Assembly (NCBI RefSeq): GCF_004010195.1
Contig: NC_057718.1
Location: forward strand, 71,452,087 to 71,508,539
Length of the DNA: 56,453 nucleotides
Origin: Chiloscyllium plagiosum
Taxonomy: Eukaryota
Reading direction: 5' to 3'
In this document: piece after piece, positions 48,846-56,453 of the stretch
Position numbering within the stretch: position 1 is the first letter of the stretch
Layout of the letters: each line of letters begins with the position of its first letter
Notes under the pieces: generated by a model
Told to the model about the DNA's origin: nothing
Database searches by the model: none
The model's input: only the letters and a program-made list of their open reading frames with translations
Position numbers and translations under genes: made by a program

Positions 48846-49892
48846 TGGCCTTCAGACCCTGGCTTCTTTCCTTCCAATAGACCCATCCAGTCTCCCTCCA
48901 CCAATACCCTCCTCTACCTCGCCGAACTGCTCCTCACCCACAATAACCTTTCCTTTAAATCTTCCCATTTCCTCGAATCAAGGACTTGGCCATGGGTACC
49001 CGGATGGGCCCCAGCTATGCTTGTTTCTTTGTCAGCTATATCGAACAGTCCCTGTTTAGTACCTGCACTGTACCCCAACTTTTCCGCAGTTACATCGATG
49101 ACTGCATCGGGTGCAGCGTCCTGCACCCAGGGCTGAACTGGAGCAGTTCATCGATTTCGCCCACAACTTCAACCCCACCCTCAAATTCACTTGGTCCATC
49201 TCAGACACCACCCTTCCCTTTCTTGTCCTCACCATTTCCATCTCCGGCGACGGTCACCAGATGGACGTATACTACAAAACTGCAGACTCCCACCCAGTAT
49301 CCTGCAAGAACTCCATCCTGTTCTCCCAATGCCTCCGCCTCCACCACATCTGCTCAGCGAGGAGACATTCCACTCACAAGCATCCCAGATGTCCACCTAT
49401 TTTGAACAACTTGCTTTTCCTCTCACTGACATCCAGACAGCCCTCTGCCACACCACCTCCATTCCCCATTCCACCGCTCTAAACCACCCCTGCCAACGCA
49501 ATAAAGATCGAGTCCCCTTTGTCCTCACCTACCACACATAGTCTTTGCATCCAACGCATAATCCTTAAGTACTTCCATCAACTTCAAATAGACTCCACCC
49601 CCAAGAATATCTTCCCCTCCCTACCCCTCTATGCCTTCTGCAAGGACCGTTCCCTCTGATAGTCCTTGGTTCACGCCACCCCTGCCACTGAACGCCCAGA
49701 TACCTTCCCTGCAACCAGAAAAGATGCAAAACCTGCCAGTACACCCCCTCCCTCACCTCCATCCAGGGCCTGATGAAAAGCTTTCACCCAAAATGTAGAT
49801 TTTCCTGCTCCTCGGATGATGCCTGACCTGCTGTGCTTTTCCAGTGCCACACTGTTGACTCTGATCTTCAGCATCTGCAATACTCACTTTTG
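48846..49892 (+). mobile_element. Penelope-like element RT fragment and pLTR
   Basis: MAMGTRMGPSYAC...RSYIDD, LPFL, VYYKTADSH, SQCLRLHHICS. The pLTR begins cctgatgaa at about 49769. Confidence 0.9.
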
Positions 49893-49899
49893 CGATGTG

Positions 49900-50440
49900 A
49901 TGATAAGGCCTGGCATGTAGGGTTTGTGGGTAAGGACATGGAAGGAGGTGATCTGGACTGGACATTGAGGCCAGAAGGTTGTGAGGCTCCCAAGCAAAAA
50001 ATTAGGTGTTTTTCTTCCAGCTGGTGCCGAGCAAGACATGGTGGAGTGTTGAAATAGCATGCAACCGGAAGCTTGGTAGACTTTCAGGACAGAATGTTGG
50101 TGTTTTGCAAAATAGTCACCCAGTCTTGTGCTTAGTTTCCCCAGTGTTGAGGAAACCACATTGCAAGCAGTAAATGAAGTGCAGGTAAATTGTTACTCCA
50201 AGTGGAAAGTGTGTCTGTGGCCATGGATAGTGAGGAGGGATGAAGTAAACTAGCAGGTGTTACACCATCTGAGATTGCATGGGAAGGTGCGGAGAGAGAT
50301 TGGGAGTGGAGGAGGAGTGGGCTAAGGGATCGTAGGTTTGAATGAGGGGGACCCAATTGCCGTTTTGGGAGGGAAGAGAAGAGGGGGAGGGCCCTATGAA
50401 CCATAATGAGGAACCCTGGATTGAGCAAGCAGGTAGGCCC
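49900..50440 (-). mobile_element. Degraded Penelope GIY-YIG-region fragment
   Basis: Similar in reverse to 32500-32950 (TLGK..TRLGDYF). Confidence 0.65.
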
Positions 50441-50949
50441 CTTATCGAAGTTGCTATTGGAACATGTGGCAGGGACTGGGAGAATGGAATAGAGTGTTTA
50501 AGGAAACGGGGAGTGAGGACTGCAGTTGAACACTGTTTTAAAAGATAATGGAGAAAAACAATAAGTGCTTTAGTAGTTGTGATCATGCTATTCTTTTTAA
50601 ATAGTGAATTGCATGATTGAAATGTTTTAAGCATTCTGAAGTGTCCCTATTTAAGGAAAAATAAAGTTTCATTTGAGGATGTTTGGAGAAGGTTCACTAG
50701 GGTGATCCCTGGTGTAGAGGTCTTATGTCTAAATGCTAAACTGTAAGAAGTTTAGAAGAATTTGGAATTATTTCATTGAAACATACAGGATTCTTAAGGG
50801 GCTTGACAGAGTAGACATGAGGTTGTTCCGATTACAGGAGATTGTCGGACCAGAGACCACAGCCTCTGAATGAATGGAAGAGGCAGTGGCTTGGTGATAT
50901 TATTAGTAGACTATAATATCAGAGACCCATGTAAGATTCTGAGGAACCA

Positions 50950-51490
50950 TGTTTTAAGTTTTTTTTCTCTCCTGAGGTCCTTACACACTTGATGTGAACA
51001 AGCAAAATTTATTAAACACTATACAGTACAAACTTTGGAGAAACCTTTAAACACATCTCGCAGGGTTTACGGGGTCGTGGCAAAAGCTCTCTGAACGAAG
51101 GAAACAGTCCTTCCTTTGTACAAAATCTTTACATTGCAGTTAGTAATGCCCAAAAGACAAACCACAGCCATTCCCCCACAGGCACATGCCATTCAAGACA
51201 CAATGCAGTGACCACCGCTCTCCAGAGACAATGTAATGCAAATCATCCCTCAATGGTTAAATCTGTTGCAAAGTGTTTTTTTGTGACTCTAGGGGAGTAG
51301 TCAAATTCCAACTGTAATGTTCTTACTGATTTCTGAAAAGGGGATAAGAATGTAAATCATTCCTGAACGGCAAGGAAATTGCCATGTAAACCTCCCACAT
51401 TTCACCTTTAAGACCAAGACATACCATCTTATCCCTGGGGCATTCAATTTCTTGCAGATCAGAAGAGCAACATAACTGTTTAATACCTCA
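50950..51490 (-). mobile_element. ERV 3' LTR (family B)
   Basis: Starts TGAGGTATT directly after the PPT AAAAAGGAGGGAA (51491-51503). AATAAA at about 51008-51013; ends ...CTTAAAACA. Confidence 0.85.
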
Positions 51491-51509
51491 TTCCCTCCTT
51501 TTTATCATT

Positions 51510-53059
51510 TCATGATAACCACCTAGATGGGGGATGAGAAAGGCGCTTCCAATTTATTCATAAGAATCTTACAGTCAGTACTTAAGCAAGTTATTGACGC
51601 ACAACATACTTTGATTATAACAACAAAAATCACTAGCCCAAGTTCCTCCCAGTAGCCATCCAAGCCAGCCATCTTAGGGCCTGGTCCAAAATTAACAGTT
51701 GGTTCCGAATAAACTCAATGGCATGGGTTATGATGTATGATTCATCTGTAACCTGGGTGATGTATCTGTCCCTCACAGTTGTACCCCAACCACCCCACTG
51801 GGCCAATAGATAGTCTACTGCATATCTGGTCTGTTGTGCCTTAACTTTGCCAATTCCTGATTAACTGTATCCAGTCTCCTGAGATGGTTAACCCACAAAT
51901 GAGGTAATTTAGGTGTTTTGCTGTCATCGTTCCCGCTGACCCCCCCCCAAGGGACAGCATCCCCAGGAACGTGTAGCTAAGGGAAGAACCTAGAGTCACT
52001 GGGTCCTTTCATTCTGCACAAAACTCTTGACTAATAGCTCTGGTTACTATTTTGTAAGGGGTAGGTGCCTTCTGAGGGCTCCTACTGTCCCTACAGCAAC
52101 AGGATGGGGAGATTGGGGTGGCTGTAGTAAGGGTCCCATTGAAAAGGAACACAAACCTTTATTTGGCCCGGAAGCATTTCACTGCTTGGTTATTGGCAGT
52201 CGCAAACTGTTTACATCTCAGTTTCTCTCCTAATTGGAGTTTTCTCCTGATCCGATCAGTTGGTAGTCATAAAAAGGATATGGCCAAAAGGCCGAGCTGA
52301 CATGTGTTCCATTGCAATATCCACAAATGAACTGCCTTCCTGTAGTAACATTTAAGCACCCTTCCTTGTCACAGGTGCGGGTGAATATTCCATTGCTCAC
52401 CTGGCAAAGCCTGCGGGCGCATTGTTTTTGCGTATAAGAGGTATTTGTGGGAACGAAAGCATAAGTACAGCCCCACCCGCCGTCCTGAGAAAGTGGATAG
52501 CTCATGGGATCATAGCAAGTTGTACCTCTGTAGCTAGGGGGCTAAATCTGTCAGCTCTACGCACAGTCCCAATGTCATCCTTTTAAACTTCCCGCTTTGA
52601 CCTACATGGGGCACCTGAAGTATCTATGTGAATAGGCTGGGGGGGGAGGGGGGGAGTTCACCCAGAAATGGGTACAAATAACACCTCTATGGACTGGACA
52701 AGTGGGTAACGTACAGTTCAATTACCATGGAGAAAGTAAGGACTGCAGATGCTGGAGATCAGAGCTGAAAAATTTGTTGCTGGAAAAGCGCTGCAGGTCA
52801 GGCAGCGTCCAAGGAGCAGGAGAATTGACGTTTCAGGCATAAGTCCTCCTGAAAAAGGGCTTCTGCCCGAAACGTCGATTCTCCTGCTCCTTGGATGCTG
52901 CCTGACCTGCTCTTTTCCAGCAACACATTTTTCAGTTCGATTACTATGCAAACGTATATGAGTCTTATAAAACAAATTGTCCTCTAGGCCTAACATTGTG
53001 ATGGCGGCCATGATACCGCAGAATGCAAGTGTCGTCTTTAGACCGTCTGAGGGGCCCAT
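51510..53059 (-). pseudogene. env: ERV env, disrupted
   Basis: Signal-peptide-like start MGPSDGLKTTLAFCGIMAAITMLG, Cys-rich SU (52230-52505), KIVTR/AI putative cleavage region, immunosuppressive-domain-like QQTRYAVDYLLAQWGG (51790-51836), and a hydrophobic TM segment. Confidence 0.8.
52730..52932 (-). mobile_element. Compact Penelope pLTR fold-back element inserted in env
   Basis: Same family as 6804-7248 in the opposite orientation. TSD cagttcaattaccatg (52714-52729) / cagttcgattactatg (52933-52948). Confidence 0.85.
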
Positions 53060-55412
53060 TGTCTAGACAGTCAGGTGGAGCCAGTGACTCTGGCCTTGGA
53101 CTTTTACTGCTGTTGGCATCTGCAGTTGCACCTGGAACTGTCCTTTTTACCGGTGGAATTGCCCCAAGCTTGGACAGTCTTTAATTAGCATAAGTTCTCC
53201 TGTTTGTAGTCTGGGGCTCACTCTGGCTGTCTGAATCTTGATCTGTCAGTGGTCCGAAGGCATGCTTGACCTGTGAGTGGAGAAACTTTAGGGACAATGT
53301 TAGCTGCTGAAAGTATCTCTGTATTTCCTCTCCCAAAACATTTACGTCTGCATGGTTGGGTGGGTTGGTCTGTGTTTGCATCCCTAGGGGTCCATCTGGG
53401 TCGGCCATAAATTATTTCGACTGTGTGTGGTAATCCTCGTGATACATGGCTAAAAGTAGGACCTTCAATCAGTTGAGGCCTGTTTCAGACATTATCTTAG
53501 TTTGGTTTTAAGAGTCTTGTTCACTCTTTCCAGTATTCTTGCCGCCTGAGGGTGGTAAGCGCAACAGAATTGCTGCTGGATATCACACATAGCTCGTTGA
53601 TTTTCCCTACACAGTGGGGGCCATTGTCTGAACTAAGATGCCGAGGCACTCCAAATCTCGGTATGATCTCTGTCAGGAGTAATTTTACCACCGTTGAGGC
53701 TTTATTATTAGTGGTCGGAAAGGCTTCAATCCATCTTCTAAATACGCCACTAATAACAAGACAATGCTTATAACAATGTATGCACGGCAATTCAATGAAA
53801 TCAAGCTGGATGCCTTTGAATGGACCACCAGGCAAGTGTGTTCTCCCTGTTACATAGCACACCCCTTGACCAGCATTGTTTTGCTAGCATGTTAAACATG
53901 ATCTGACACGCTTCTGGGCTGCCTCGGCCAGTCCGGTGTGTCATCAGGTACGCAATATGATATTACTCATTCCCTCCTTGCCAAGATGGTATCAGCATGA
54001 AGACAGACAGAAAAAAAAACCCACACTGCAAACTGACACAGCAGTGAACCTGCATAGTTATTGCTTTTGCTGTTTGAATTCATGTATTGTTGGACATCAG
54101 AGTGCGTCAGGGAAGTTAACAAACAGTGAAAATCACAGTTTATCAGCATTGGTAATAAAACATCAGGTGTACATACCTGGCCAGCTGGGGTGATCCAGAG
54201 GCCTTTTGATGCAGAGTGCGAACACCCATGCATCTTCCATATTTGTTTTTCTGGGTCGGGGTGCCCCCCTGAAAACACTGCACAGTGACAATGTCTGGTA
54301 TGCATGTTGTTTTTGAGGCAGATGATCGATGTAGTGCCTGCTGGTTCCCAGAGGACAATAGAATTGAGAGCTGTTGCCGCATCTCTGGCAGCTCGATCAG
54401 CTCTGGTATTGCCATTACTGATGTCTGTATTGTCCGTTACATGGGCAGCACACTTGATAATGGCCATTGCTTGGGGAGGAGGATGGCTTTGAGAAGATTT
54501 TGGACATGCAGTGAGTCCTGAATAGGTGTCCCTGAAGAGGTCAGAAATCCGCGTTTTGATGATAGCTGGCCAAAGTTGTGCGACATGCCAAAAGCATACT
54601 GCTCGTCCATGTATAGATTTACTGATTTTCCTGTGGTCAGGACACAAGCCCATGTTAGAGCAAAGAGTTCTGCTTTCTGAGCAGATACTGGAGGATCGAA
54701 GGAGGGCAATTCTAAGGTGTCTGTGTGGTTCATGCTGCGTATTTTGAAAGGGGCACTCCTAAGGGTGATATGGAAGAACTGCTGTCCACAAAGAGGGTAA
54801 AATCTGGTGTGGGTAATGGGGTGTCTACAAGGTCTGGTTGAGGGGAGGTTAAGAAGTAGTTGTGCAAAAGGAAATCATGGTGGGGGGGTGGGGTTCTGAG
54901 AGCTCCTCTGGAGGGGTACACAGTTGAGCAGGCGGAGAAGGTCAGGGGGGTTATTGAGTAGGGCTACTTCGTAATGGCTAAGTCAAGCTTGTGTAAGGTG
55001 TTGGGTCTGATGGGAAGTTAGGAGGGCTACAATGGCATGTGACGAATAGATAATCGGCTTTTTGGAGAGTAATATTGAAAATGGCCATGACGAGAGTAGA
55101 TAGCTGGGAGAATTTGTCAGCAGGGTGGGAGGTCCATGGTGACAGGGTCAAGGCTTGGCTCTTGTGATCCTTGTGGGTTTGGGTTAAAGCAACAGTTGCA
55201 CAGTCCTCTCGGATACATGCATACAACTGGAAGAGCTTGTCTTCCGAGTGTTGGGCTCTTGCCAGGGCCGTTTTTAATTCAGTGAAAGCTAACTTTTGTT
55301 CTTTTAGTGTGAAGGTGTTTGAAGCCTTGTTTGAGGCCAAAGAGGTTAATTGGTTGGTGAGTAATTTTATGTTAGGGAGCCACTATCGGCAGTAGTTAAC
55401 TAGGCCCAAAAA
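53060..55412 (-). pseudogene. pol: ERV pol (RT thumb/tether, RNase H, integrase), disrupted; 5' part cut off by a CR1
   Basis: FLGLVNYCR, LFVDSSS, SAQKAELFALT, IIKCAAH, GNTRADRAA, QLDFIELP...WIEAFPT...IIPRFGVP..LSSDNGPH; class I (gamma/epsilon-like) style. Confidence 0.92.
53999..54140 (+). mobile_element. Isolated internal CR1 5'UTR segment inserted in ERV pol
   Basis: Similar to about 55655-55790. Flanked by a 9-bp direct repeat tatcagcat (53990-53998 / 54141-54149). Confidence 0.8.
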
Positions 55413-55415
55413 CTG

Positions 55416-56453
55416 TTCTGGGTAATCGAAGATGGAGGACGGGAAAAATTTCTGGCTCTAACAGGCTGATCTTTTTTTTTGAGGTATTTTAGGTATTGGA
55501 GGTGATTTTCTCGAATTCCAGGAGCAGCAGTTACTGTTTATATGCTGTTGTATTGTTTTGCAAATTTGGAGGAAAAGAAAGTCAAAACAGCCATTTTAAA
55601 ATTGAAAGGGAACAAACAAAGTAAGCACATGGTGAGGTCAGTGCAGGAGAGAAACTGAGGGGAAAAAAACCCACGCTACAAACTGACAGCATTGAACCTG
55701 CACAGTTACTGCCTTTGCTGTTTGAATTCCTGTATCGCTGGACATTGGTGTGCATCAGGGAAAATTAACAAGCAGTGAAATTCGCAACTAATCTTGGAGG
55801 ATCCTGTTTGGGAGAGGTCACAGCACAGAAACAGATAAGTGAGTATTTTTGTATGGCCTTACAGTAAGTCTGCAGTAGTGAGTAGAGTGGGTTCTTTCTT
55901 GATTATATGTTTTATTGAGATAGGTCTCTTGATTAAACTTAAAAGTATAAGCCATAAGTATTAATTTAACCTGGAACAGTGTTTTATAGAGGAATAAGAT
56001 GGTGCTATCTTCTTGGTCTGTAAATTGAAAGAAGCAAAAATGGCCTTTAGTGGAGTGATAAGCTGTTCTTGTCGCATGTGGGAGTTTAGGAAGAGTTTAC
56101 ATGTTACTGAGGATTATATCTGCAATAAATGCTGTTCGTTGCGAATCCTATCAGATTGAATGGATTAGTTGGAGAGACAGTTGGAGGCAATGAGGAATTT
56201 AGAAGAGAAAGGGGATGTGATGGATGGCAGTTATTGGAAGGGAGAAAAGTTGCAGATACAATCACATAGATGAATTAACTCCAGGAAAGGTAAGAGAGGG
56301 AGGCAGGTAGTGCAGGAGTCTTCTGTGGCTATCCCCATTTCAAACAAGTATGCTGTTTTGGAAAATGTAGGGGGTGATGGATTCTCAGGGGAAGGTAGCA
56401 CGACCAGCCAAGTTCTGGTATTGAGACTGGCTCTCATGCAATGAGGGGTACAT
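55416..56453 (+). mobile_element. 5' end of a CR1 LINE (5'UTR and ORF1 N-terminus), runs off window
   Basis: Matches the reverse complement of 16250-17238. ORF1 from 56040 reads MAFSGVISCSCRMWEF...YICNKC (Cys motif) with internal stops. Confidence 0.92.

Noticed and set aside
49769..49800. Hammerhead-like motif here, and similar ones near 33935 and 48200/48545
   Set aside because: GAAA or CUGANGA core and stem II are mutated, so not called as ribozymes.
1690..55412. gag at left and pol-env at right as one split provirus
   Set aside because: Order is wrong for one minus-strand provirus and the LTRs look unrelated.

Overview
Vertebrate genomic DNA, almost certainly from an elasmobranch (shark/ray), judged by HE1-type V-SINEs and their partner CR1-clade LINEs. 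The only host gene I can identify is SOD2 (mitochondrial Mn superoxide dismutase) on the minus strand. Exons 1, 2, 3 and 5 are readable with canonical GT-AG sites (CDS 44702 down to 17934). I could not find exon 4, which probably lies in the 500-N gap at 18606-19105. Upstream is a CpG-rich promoter with plus-strand splice donors, suggesting a divergent gene (possibly WTAP, inferred from synteny only). Most of the rest is nested retroelements: CR1 LINEs (one apparently full length), HE1 SINEs, an RTE fragment, Penelope-like elements, and two class I-like ERV families (LTR-PBS-gag; pol-env-PPT-LTR plus a related solo LTR). The most unusual signal is a set of short fold-back elements derived from Penelope pseudo-LTRs. 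They come from several sequence families, share one asymmetric architecture with 11-16 bp target-site duplications, and some carry minimal hammerhead ribozyme cores. All calls were read by eye with no database searches, and repeat boundaries are approximate.
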